Source: a bacterium
Lineage (GTDB): Bacteria; Bacillota; Clostridia; Oscillospirales; CAG-272
Length of the DNA: 64,000 nt
Direction of reading: 5' to 3'
Assembly: GCA_963627065.1 (NCBI GenBank)
Contig: CAVGAA010000004.1
Span: 1,147 to 65,146 of the forward strand
The position numbers and the translations under genes were made by a program. This document shows, one piece after another, positions 15,461-24,089 of the stretch (positions within the stretch are counted from its first letter, which is position 1; each line of letters starts with the position of its first letter). Below the pieces are notes generated by a model. That model saw only the letters and a list, made by a program, of their open reading frames with translations. It had not been told where the DNA came from and searched no databases.

Positions 15461-17458
15461 ATGTCCATTATCGAAACCGTCAACCGTGCAAAAAGTGCCT
15501 ATTACACCTCCTTGCGGTCGGACGATTTGCGTTCGGCATATGAAGATTTGGATGGGTTGACAGACAGCAACTTAACCGAAAAAAACCTATCTGCAAAACG
15601 CCTTTACTCTGCCCTGCTCAAAGTCAAACTTGCGACTGTCGATTTCATGCGTGGAAAGCCGACCTCCGAAGCCCTGCAAAAGGCTCTTGCACTCCTCTCG
15701 GATGCAAAAAACGGTTTGGATGCCCACGCATTCGACTCCGCATGGGTAGATCGATTGACGGACGGGGTGCGATTTGTTGCCGAATTTTTCGCCGATGTGA
15801 ATTTGTCCCTGCAAATGGTACTCACGGGAAGCGGATTTCAAGGGACAATTCGGGAATTCACCAATCTTTCGCAACTGCTTGACGAAAAAAAGCAAAATGT
15901 AAACTTTGCGGAATGGGCAGAACTGTTTCCGTCCTACGAATCGACCGAATTCGGTTCGTTTCGTTATTTTTCGGTCAATGAACAGATCAGGCGAAAGTTG
16001 GAGGGCTACCGCTCCGACCTCTCGGATGCCTTTCGCCGTTCCGTCACGGTTGACGATTCAGTCTTCGTCAAGCCGATACCGGAATATAACGATTTTCAAT
16101 ACGTTTCCCCTCTCGATTTGGGACGAAGCACGATCCGCTCGCAGATTGCTTTTATCGAAACACCGCTCACGTCGGAGTTTGATCTGCTCCTCAATGCCAA
16201 CGAAAAATGTGAGAACGGAAAAGCACGCAACATCGTCCGTATCGATACGCAACGTTATTCCTTGCATACGTTCTGTGAAAAAAGCGGTGATTACAGAATC
16301 GAACTCGGATCTGCATTCCAAAATCAGTTTGCATCCTTTTTGACGGCGATTGCTTTGGATACCGAAATCGATATTTTGGCATTGTACCGTCTGAACGATC
16401 TCTCCCCTTTTGAAAAAATGAGCATTTTGATGGCTTGTGCGGACTTTTGCGGTTTTCACTTTGCTACGCAAATTGTTATCATGGACACGAGCGGAGAACG
16501 TGAACTGCCGAGTCTATACAACAAATTGAAGGTTGAAAAGCCAACCCTGCCGTCTGCGGACGGAATGTATCTTTCTTTTCCCTCGTATTCGGACGTTTGC
16601 GATGCTCTGGACGAGCAGAAAATTAAAAATCGCATTGATTTGGACGAATTGCGTAAAAAAGGGGCGTTTTTGGGCTTTGTCGGATTCAACCGTCTTTTGA
16701 AAAATCTTGCCGACGACAAACCGCTGTGGCAAGAAGAATACATTCGCACATCCGAATCAAACCAAAGAATTTCAACTCAATTTTTGAACGGTTTGCAAGA
16801 ACTTTCCCGCTTGATTCCGCCGGATTGGAAAACCAAAATCGTAAAGCGAGCCGTTTCGGATAACATCGGTTACGATTACGACGTCATTCGTGACGTTCTG
16901 GACGATAAAATCGAGGCAATTCTCTCTGACGAAACGCTGAATATTTACGATCTTTGCGGGAAACTTGTCATTTATTGCCTGCAAGCCGATGAAGATATTT
17001 CGGTGTGGGACAAGAATCTTTCGGAAGAAGAACGTGAAAACCGCATTCGTCTGGCGGTCCGTATCTGTGCTTTCGCCATGCGTGTGCAATATCAGAATCC
17101 TGCGGTGGAATTCGATTCCTCCCACGGGGGTGACTGGGGCGGTCAATGCTGTAACTGTGGGCAGTTGATCAAATTCAAAACCGATTGCATCGACAAACCG
17201 GAATGGACACGGGATGCAATTCTGCATGAACTTTACCATGCTTTGCAATTCACCGTCATCAATTCCAATTTACCGCTCGGTTGGTATAAAAAAACCTATC
17301 ACCTTTCCAATGAGCGAATTTCCTCTTGGCGTGATAATTTCGATTCGTACGCCGACATAGATGCAAAAGGAAACCGCAAAAACTACCGCATTCAAACCGT
17401 TGAAGTCGATGCTCGGGACTTTGCCTGCTTTTGCCTCGGCGACACGACAAGCCCGTAA
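15461..17458 (+). CDS. Operon gene G: helical protein with a C-terminal HExxH (zincin-like) motif
   Basis: 665 aa. The motif DAILHELYHALQ has HELYH at 17225-17239. It is preceded by CCNC and followed about 55 aa later by TVEVDARDFA. That E..A..FA pattern is reminiscent of ImmA/IrrE-type metallopeptidases. There is a GAGGAG RBS. Confidence 0.5.
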   Translation: MSIIETVNRAKSAYYTSLRSDDLRSAYEDLDGLTDSNLTEKNLSAKRLYSALLKVKLATVDFMRGKPTSEALQKALALLSDAKNGLDAHAFDSAWVDRLTDGVRFVAEFFADVNLSLQMVLTGSGFQGTIREFTNLSQLLDEKKQNVNFAEWAELFPSYESTEFGSFRYFSVNEQIRRKLEGYRSDLSDAFRRSVTVDDSVFVKPIPEYNDFQYVSPLDLGRSTIRSQIAFIETPLTSEFDLLLNANEKCENGKARNIVRIDTQRYSLHTFCEKSGDYRIELGSAFQNQFASFLTAIALDTEIDILALYRLNDLSPFEKMSILMACADFCGFHFATQIVIMDTSGERELPSLYNKLKVEKPTLPSADGMYLSFPSYSDVCDALDEQKIKNRIDLDELRKKGAFLGFVGFNRLLKNLADDKPLWQEEYIRTSESNQRISTQFLNGLQELSRLIPPDWKTKIVKRAVSDNIGYDYDVIRDVLDDKIEAILSDETLNIYDLCGKLVIYCLQADEDISVWDKNLSEEERENRIRLAVRICAFAMRVQYQNPAVEFDSSHGGDWGGQCCNCGQLIKFKTDCIDKPEWTRDAILHELYHALQFTVINSNLPLGWYKKTYHLSNERISSWRDNFDSYADIDAKGNRKNYRIQTVEVDARDFACFCLGDTTSP

Positions 17459-17481
17459 AATATGAACACTCGGAGGACTTT

Positions 17482-20400
17482 ATGCCGGATTACTTGGAAA
17501 AACTGCATTCTTTTGAGAAAAAACTCCTGCATTTGGAAGATCTGTCCAACAGACAAATCGATTTGAAATTGGATGACTATCGCATACCGACTTGTGACGA
17601 TGTTTATACGCTGTATGATAACCTTGCAGATTTCGGCAAGCGGTTTTACAGTTCCGTACGGAACAAAATCGGAAAAGGCGATGCCGTTTCGGTTCTGCTC
17701 GGCGACAGTTCCGTAACAACCTCCGAAAGCGGTATCCGGAGATCCGAATGTTTTTCGGTCGAATGGAGCGGATGCGTACCGAAAGACGATTCACGCACAC
17801 CTCAGAAAAAACTGAATTCCTACATTGAATCGATTTATAAAGATGTCCGTGAAAAAGGCATCAATCCGTTGTTTCTCTCAATCGGTGCTATCAAATGGAA
17901 AATCGCACGCCCGTCCGCATTCGGAAACGATGCGGAACAGGTTATCACGTCACCGCTCATAATCTTTCCGATAAAACTGATCCGCTCAACCAATTTCTTA
18001 CCGGTCGGCATTGAATTTGTCGATGACGATATTTATGTCAACGAGTGTTTTTGTGAACTGTTTAACGGCATTTACGAGGGGCATTTGCCACCGTTTCCCC
18101 TGCCGGTCGGCAATGACGACGATCGCAGTATCGATGTCGAAACATTCGATTTCGATGCCTATTGGGATACGATTGACCGCTATGTAAAAGAACATATCGA
18201 CCTGCGAAAAATCGACTCCACCGTGTTCGAATTTCTGCCGGATCTCGTTGCGATTTCCGAATATACGCACGAGGACATTTGTATGTTCCGTGATATTCGC
18301 AGGAATCAGGCGATCGTCGAAAATCATCCGCTCATCAAACGGGTGTTCGGCGGTGAGGTTGTCGACATCGGAAAAATGACCAAGGCACCGCTCAAATTTG
18401 CACTGCAATATGACGAGGTGCAGAAAGAAATCATTCAAAAAGTCATCGGCGACGGCGAATGCGTAAAGGTGCAAGGGCCACCCGGGACGGGTAAAACCCA
18501 GACCATTGCGAATATCATTGCCTGCTGTATGGCAACCGGCAAAAAAGTGCTTTTCGTATCACGCAAAAAGCCCGCCATTGACGAGGTTTACCGCAAACTG
18601 CCGGAAAATCTGCAACCGTTCGCTCTGCGATTGGGGCAGGATTCCGAACATTCCGTTGCCGGTATGAAACCTGCCGACTTGCAAGCGGAATTCCGCAAAA
18701 CTTTGGAATTTTCACTCTCAGAGTTGAATGCGACGGCGGTCGGGCAGAAAGACGGCGTTCTCACAAGCAAAGAAAACGCTCTGTCCGACAAACTCGAAAT
18801 CTATCACCGTTTGATGTTCGAAGACCTTTTCGAAAACGGTTACAATTTTTACGATGCACTGGTCGAATATTTACGGTTTGACTGCCAATTCGTCAAACTG
18901 AATGCCGAACCGGTCACCTATCTGCTCACGGCAAAAAAAGCGGTCTTCACATCTGCGTACGCCGATGTTGCAAAACTCGCAAAGTGGTATGCCGTTTTCA
19001 CCGACAATTGCCGTCACAGTCCGCTTTTGTCCCCACATTTCGGCATTTATCCGTCCTGCACAACCGACAATTTCCTGCCGGATGCAACGATTACGGATCT
19101 GAAAACCGCAGTCGAAAAGATCAAAGTGCAGTTGTCCGATTTTCCGGAAATGCGGGCGGTTGTTCTGCATGATCTGCATTCGGTCGCAAGCCTTGACGAT
19201 GAGGATTTTGTCAATCGGTTTGCGGATTCCGACTATATTTTGGATGCCACAACTTTGCTTTGCGAAATTACCGAACTGCACGGGAAACTGTCGGCGGAAG
19301 GACTTTTCGACAAATATCGCACCCTTTTGGAGAACGGTTCTCTCAAAGATCGCTCGGCATTTGAATTGCCGAATATTGACGAAACTTTCTACACCTATAC
19401 GGTAGCGGAACTTGAAAAGTTCATTGCATTTTTCGAAGATAAAACCGTCAACCGTATTCGAATTGAAAAAAAGAATATCACCGAAAGCGTCAATGCTTGG
19501 TTCAAGGCAAAGCGGACACTCTCGGACAATCGGCATACCGTTGCCGAAATTTTCGGAGAAAATGCACTGTCGGGCGACCGTTGCAAAAAGTTGAAAAATC
19601 ATTGCTCCGCCGTTTCGAAATATGTCGACAAAACCGATGCGGAACTTTCGAAAAATCCCCTTTCCAAACTGGCACTCCGAATGCTTTCCAAACTGCGTGA
19701 GAACGATACTCCGATCAAACCGACACGCTTGGTTGCCGGTGCAGTTGCCTATACGGCTTGCGTGAATGCCGTAGAATCCATGCAATTGCAATCGTTAAAC
19801 CTTTCGCAAATTGTTGAAAAGCAATTGACGGACGAAGACATTGAGCGAATCGCCACCATGCTTCTGATCGAAAGTGAACAGAAAATTATTGAGCATTTGC
19901 TCCGTGACCTGAACGGGTTCTGTCAAGTCGTCAAGGCGGCGTTTGCAGGCGAGCAGTCCCCGTCACTCTCGGCAATTTCAACCTGCGGAACGGCGGAGGA
20001 CATTCGGCACTTTGCAAGTATTCTGCCCCTTTACAAGTCCTATTCCGTCTTGATTGCAAGGCTCAATACCGTTACGGAAACCGATCTTTTGTATGCGGAC
20101 AAAGTCGTAAAACCGAAAGATTTGGCTCTGCTGTCGAACCGTTTCAACGCAATCAGAATAGCAAAACAATCGAAAAATCCCCGTGCTTTCATCGGTGCTA
20201 TGCAAAGCGTGTTCAAGGAATTGCGTTTTGTCATCGACAGGATTACGGATTATGCCGACACGGCGACAACGAATTTTGTCGATCGGGTTTCGGTTTATCA
20301 CGATGCACGGCAGTTCGGCACGGCGGAAGCGGAAATTTTTATCTGCGAGGTCAACAACGGTAAGGCTCGGTCTGCCATGTCCGATTTTCAAAAATTGCTT

Positions 20401-22119
20401 TTGCGGAACAACGATAACATTGTATTGCATTTCTTCCGCCCGTTCCTTGTCGGTGGCCGCTCGAAAGATGCACCGTTCGAAAATATCTTTGTAAAATGTT
20501 TCTACGGCAATTACATTGAAAGCGTTAAAAATCTGCCGACCGTCAAGGCGAAAAATTCGCAGGCATTCGCAAAATTGCCGATTGAAATTCAACAACTTGC
20601 AACCTTTGCGGAGCAGTACGCAAACGGCAGACTGCAAACCTTGCAAACCGAATTTGCAACGGTGGAAAAATCACTCCTTGCTTGCAATATCGACTTTATC
20701 GCCCTTTCGGAGATTGCCCGTGTGGCGAAACTCAAAAAAGATTATCCGCACGCCTTTGATATTTTCAACGATAACAAATCAATCTATCGCAATGCACGCT
20801 TGATTTTCAAGCATCAGGCAAGGGAAATTATGATGCTGAAAAGTTGTTACCTGATGTCCCCTGCCGCCGTCAGCGTTCTGCTCGGGAACGAAGCTTTCCG
20901 TGAATTCGATATTGCCATTTTCGACGAGGCAAGCCAAATCGAACCGCAACATTTGATACCGGTTCTTTTCAGGGCAAAACAGTGTGTGATCATCGGTGAC
21001 GAATTCCAAATGCCACCCATTAAGCATTTTGTCCGTCGATCGGCGGATGACGAGAGTGACGAGTATGCGAAAATCGAATCGGCACTCGACTTGATTTCAA
21101 ACGGCAGAGGAAAATTCTCGCCCGTGCGATTGCGTTGCCACTACCGGAGCAATTGCGAATCCCTGATTGCTTATTCGCAAAAATATTACCCCGATATGGT
21201 GACGTTTCCCTCAAAGACAAATTTCAACAGCCGTATGGGTATTCGGGACATTCTCGTAAATACGCCACTCGGCGGAGGTGCAAACGGCAGTAACCTGACC
21301 GAGGCAAAGGCGGTGATTTCCGCTCTCGAACGACATTTTGAAGTCAATTCGGATCTGTCTGTCGGCGTCATGACCTTCGGTGAACGGCAGGTCGACCTGA
21401 TTGTCAAACTGATACGGGAAAGCCCCGTTTTGAGAACCAAATATTTTGACGAAAAAGCCTTCTTTGTCGAGGCAATCGGAAAACTGCAGGGCAGAGAGGT
21501 CGACCACGTCATTATGAGTATGACCTATGCGAAAAACACCTCCGGTTTGCTCTACGGTCTTGGCGATCTCAGCCGTGATTACGGTGAGCAGGTGTTCAAT
21601 GTTGCGTCATCCCGTGCAAAAAATATGTTGACGGTCATTCACTCTTTTACCGCCGACGAAATTGCAACATCGAATACGACCGCATCGGGTTATCTTTCGG
21701 AATTCCTGCGGACCGTTGCGGAACACGCCGGCGAAGAACACACCGTTCTCGGCAGTACGAAAGACAAATTTGATAATCCGTTTGTGCAGAACATAGTCAG
21801 GTATCTCACAGAGGACTGTCAGGTTCCGTCTGAACGGATTCTCGTTGATTACGGTGCAACCGAAAAATCTTTGCGGATTCCGATTGTCATCACGGATAAG
21901 GACAGAACGCAAGCCGAAATTGCAATCTTCTGCGAAGTTCCGCCGATCGTAGGCGGGCAGGCGGTCGATTACATCGACTTTTCGACAAGGTATCACAATT
22001 CCCTTGTCAATCTCAGAGGTTGGGACAAGTCGATATGCATTTTTGCGTACGATTGGATTTATAACCCCACCGAAAAACAAACACTGCAAAAATTTATTAC
22101 GGAAAATAGAGGAGAATAA
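17482..22119 (+). CDS. Operon gene H: DUF4011-type N-terminus plus Upf1/DNA2-like SF1 helicase (AAA_11/AAA_12) plus a degenerate Vsr/DUF559-like C-terminal domain
   Basis: 1545 aa from the ATG at 17482, which has a GGAGG RBS. The track ORF starts upstream and overlaps gene G. The N-terminus carries GINPLFLSIGAIKW. Walker A is VQGPPGTGKTQ (18475-18498) and motif II is IFDEASQ...VIIGDEFQMPP. Further motifs are CHYRSNCESL, GKLQGREVDHVIMS and VASSRAKNMLTV. The tail reads IAIFCEV...RYHNSLVNLRGWDKSICIFAYDW. Confidence 0.8.
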   Translation: MPDYLEKLHSFEKKLLHLEDLSNRQIDLKLDDYRIPTCDDVYTLYDNLADFGKRFYSSVRNKIGKGDAVSVLLGDSSVTTSESGIRRSECFSVEWSGCVPKDDSRTPQKKLNSYIESIYKDVREKGINPLFLSIGAIKWKIARPSAFGNDAEQVITSPLIIFPIKLIRSTNFLPVGIEFVDDDIYVNECFCELFNGIYEGHLPPFPLPVGNDDDRSIDVETFDFDAYWDTIDRYVKEHIDLRKIDSTVFEFLPDLVAISEYTHEDICMFRDIRRNQAIVENHPLIKRVFGGEVVDIGKMTKAPLKFALQYDEVQKEIIQKVIGDGECVKVQGPPGTGKTQTIANIIACCMATGKKVLFVSRKKPAIDEVYRKLPENLQPFALRLGQDSEHSVAGMKPADLQAEFRKTLEFSLSELNATAVGQKDGVLTSKENALSDKLEIYHRLMFEDLFENGYNFYDALVEYLRFDCQFVKLNAEPVTYLLTAKKAVFTSAYADVAKLAKWYAVFTDNCRHSPLLSPHFGIYPSCTTDNFLPDATITDLKTAVEKIKVQLSDFPEMRAVVLHDLHSVASLDDEDFVNRFADSDYILDATTLLCEITELHGKLSAEGLFDKYRTLLENGSLKDRSAFELPNIDETFYTYTVAELEKFIAFFEDKTVNRIRIEKKNITESVNAWFKAKRTLSDNRHTVAEIFGENALSGDRCKKLKNHCSAVSKYVDKTDAELSKNPLSKLALRMLSKLRENDTPIKPTRLVAGAVAYTACVNAVESMQLQSLNLSQIVEKQLTDEDIERIATMLLIESEQKIIEHLLRDLNGFCQVVKAAFAGEQSPSLSAISTCGTAEDIRHFASILPLYKSYSVLIARLNTVTETDLLYADKVVKPKDLALLSNRFNAIRIAKQSKNPRAFIGAMQSVFKELRFVIDRITDYADTATTNFVDRVSVYHDARQFGTAEAEIFICEVNNGKARSAMSDFQKLLLRNNDNIVLHFFRPFLVGGRSKDAPFENIFVKCFYGNYIESVKNLPTVKAKNSQAFAKLPIEIQQLATFAEQYANGRLQTLQTEFATVEKSLLACNIDFIALSEIARVAKLKKDYPHAFDIFNDNKSIYRNARLIFKHQAREIMMLKSCYLMSPAAVSVLLGNEAFREFDIAIFDEASQIEPQHLIPVLFRAKQCVIIGDEFQMPPIKHFVRRSADDESDEYAKIESALDLISNGRGKFSPVRLRCHYRSNCESLIAYSQKYYPDMVTFPSKTNFNSRMGIRDILVNTPLGGGANGSNLTEAKAVISALERHFEVNSDLSVGVMTFGERQVDLIVKLIRESPVLRTKYFDEKAFFVEAIGKLQGREVDHVIMSMTYAKNTSGLLYGLGDLSRDYGEQVFNVASSRAKNMLTVIHSFTADEIATSNTTASGYLSEFLRTVAEHAGEEHTVLGSTKDKFDNPFVQNIVRYLTEDCQVPSERILVDYGATEKSLRIPIVITDKDRTQAEIAIFCEVPPIVGGQAVDYIDFSTRYHNSLVNLRGWDKSICIFAYDWIYNPTEKQTLQKFITENRGE

Positions 22120-22125
22120 AAAATC

Positions 22126-22788
22126 ATGCCGGAAATGCAATGTCAAGTAATTAGAGATCCGAAACTGTACGAGGTCTACAACAAAAAAGAAAAAAGTCTT
22201 GAAGAATATCTGGAATACGGCGAGAAATACGGCGAAGAAGATACCCGTACGCAGTTAAAACTTTCTCTGTTCGTGATTCGTTCCACGCTCTGCACCTTCA
22301 AGGAAACGCTTGCGTCTTACCGAGAGGTTTTGCAGGAATTCGCGGATATTTCGCAGGAATTGGAAGGCTTTTTCGATCTGGATTTCGGAGAAGTGACGAA
22401 TTCGTTCTATGACGGTTTGGAAAAATATCCCCGCTTTATGCGGAATTGGTTGGCACGCAGACGTGCGAAAAGATATTATCGGAACAAATTCGACAAACTC
22501 CGTTTTCAACTCGAATCGGTCGGTATCGGTGTCGCTCAGGTCGGTTCGCTTCTCGGAATTGTGCAGGGATCCATGAACAGTATGATTTCGGCAATGGTCC
22601 CCAAAAAGAGCAAAAAGAATCAGGGATTGATGATCGATCCGAAAATTCAGGCGGAAATCGACAATGCAAGGCAAAACAGACGGCAAGGCGGAAACGGCGG
22701 TCAACCGACCAATCAAACGCAACCTTCCCAGACCGCATCGGGTTCGACGGGGGCATCGTCCGGTAAATTCAGTCCGGAAGATTTTTAA
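22126..22788 (+). CDS. Operon gene I: small helical protein with a glycine-zipper-like hydrophobic segment and a disordered Q/G/N/S-rich tail
   Basis: 220 aa. The segment SVGIGVAQVGSLLGIVQGSMNSMISAMV (about 22516-22599) follows a basic stretch, RRRAKRYYRNKFDKLR. The tail reads RRQGGNGGQPTNQTQPSQTASGSTGASSG. The gene starts 6 nt after gene H. Confidence 0.55.
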   Translation: MPEMQCQVIRDPKLYEVYNKKEKSLEEYLEYGEKYGEEDTRTQLKLSLFVIRSTLCTFKETLASYREVLQEFADISQELEGFFDLDFGEVTNSFYDGLEKYPRFMRNWLARRRAKRYYRNKFDKLRFQLESVGIGVAQVGSLLGIVQGSMNSMISAMVPKKSKKNQGLMIDPKIQAEIDNARQNRRQGGNGGQPTNQTQPSQTASGSTGASSGKFSPEDF

Positions 22789-22806
22789 TCAAGAAGGGAT
22801 ACCGCT

Positions 22807-24015
22807 ATGTCAGATACCATGAAAAAGCGTGGAAATGCGACGGATGCGACGCCCCCGAAAGCTCCGGACGATATCGTTTCTCTTTTGGAAGATTGCAAAA
22901 CCAAAATCGCAAAAATCAAGATTTTGGAAGACGAATTGGAAAAGAATCCGAATGCATCGGACATAGAATTGAAACGCAGTAACCTTTCCGCTCTCAACCT
23001 CGAAGCGGCAGGCTTACTCCAAAAAATCATTACCATGGCAACCGGCAATCCGAAATGCCACTCCGAACTTATCAAGGCATTCAATGACGAAAACGCCCTT
23101 GAAGTTGTAAAAGAACGGCTCAAACGCCGTTTTGCACAGGCACAAAAATACGGTTCCCGTGTCAAAACCGAAATACCGAAAACCTCGCTTGACGATATTG
23201 CAGGTCAGGAAGACGTCAAAAAGACCGTTCGCAGTTTCGTTTTCCTCTGCCAAAATGCCGAACTGTTTGAGAAATACAAACTCAAAGGCGGACTCGGCAT
23301 GATGATGTACGGAGCCCCCGGGACGGGAAAAACCATGTTCGCCGAGGCGATTGCACACGAAATGAAAATGCCCCTTTTCGTCATCACGCCTGCCGATATT
23401 TTCAAGTCCTATGTCGGTGCATCCGAGCAAGCCGTGCGACAGATTTTCCAAGATATTGCAAGTTTTCCCGAAGGTGCAATTCTGTTTGTGGACGAGTGCG
23501 AATCGATCTTTTCCAAGCGTTCGAATGACACAAAAGATTATAAAGCGGCGGTTACAAGCGAACTGTTGCAACGCATGAACGGTGAGGGTGTTGACGGTAG
23601 CCGTCGGATTATGATTGCCGCAACGAACAGACCTTGGGACATCGATCCCGCCTACCTGCGTTACAAGCGATTCTCACACCTCGTGCATATCACACCACCG
23701 GACGATTCCGCAATCGAGGTCATTGTGCGGAACAAACTCAAAGGCATTCCTTTGTCAGACGGCGTTTGCGAATATGCAATACAAGTCATTTGCAGTCAAC
23801 GAGGCGGACGTTATTCCGCGGCGGATGTGTGCGGAATTATTGAGGAGGCTTGCCGAATTGCGGTGGAGAATTGTATGCAGAATTATGCCGATTCGCATAC
23901 TTTAGCCCCCGTGACGAAAGATATGATCGACTCTGCCGTCGGCAGACGAAAGCCGAGCATCAAAGCCGAAGATTTGGAACTGTACAACAATTTTTCGCCG
24001 GACTCGATGTTTTAA
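22807..24015 (+). CDS. Operon gene J: classic-clade AAA+ ATPase (Vps4/katanin/FtsH-like module) with a helical N-terminal domain
   Basis: 402 aa. It contains LDDIAGQEDVKK, Walker A GAPGTGKT (23311-23334), Walker B AILFVDECESIF, a sensor-1-like IAATNRPWDIDPAYLRYKRF and an SRH-like region. Confidence 0.8.
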   Translation: MSDTMKKRGNATDATPPKAPDDIVSLLEDCKTKIAKIKILEDELEKNPNASDIELKRSNLSALNLEAAGLLQKIITMATGNPKCHSELIKAFNDENALEVVKERLKRRFAQAQKYGSRVKTEIPKTSLDDIAGQEDVKKTVRSFVFLCQNAELFEKYKLKGGLGMMMYGAPGTGKTMFAEAIAHEMKMPLFVITPADIFKSYVGASEQAVRQIFQDIASFPEGAILFVDECESIFSKRSNDTKDYKAAVTSELLQRMNGEGVDGSRRIMIAATNRPWDIDPAYLRYKRFSHLVHITPPDDSAIEVIVRNKLKGIPLSDGVCEYAIQVICSQRGGRYSAADVCGIIEEACRIAVENCMQNYADSHTLAPVTKDMIDSAVGRRKPSIKAEDLELYNNFSPDSMF

Positions 24016-24040
24016 TATCGCTTATAAGGCAACAGAAGAA

Positions 24041-24075
24041 CCCCGACCGCAAACTGTGGTCGGGGCATTTTGATT
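24041..24075. terminator. Rho-independent terminator shared by the ten-gene operon and the convergent downstream gene
   Basis: CCCCGACC (24041-24048), a 9-nt loop, GGTCGGGG (24058-24065), then CATTTTGATT. It begins 26 nt after the gene J stop. Confidence 0.7.
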
Positions 24076-24089
24076 CGCATATTTTCGAT

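Noticed and set aside
2147-24015. Assignment of the ten-gene operon to a known system (DISARM, BREX, Zorya, Druantia, Hachiman/Gabija-type helicase systems, or restriction-modification)
   Set aside because: The signatures of those systems are not visible. There is no DNA methyltransferase motif, no PglZ or Lon, no DUF1998, no PLD (HxK) and no MotA/MotB-like pair. There is no Toprim or OLD domain and no intact PD-(D/E)xK motif. This rejection rests on motif reading only and needs DefenseFinder/PADLOC confirmation.
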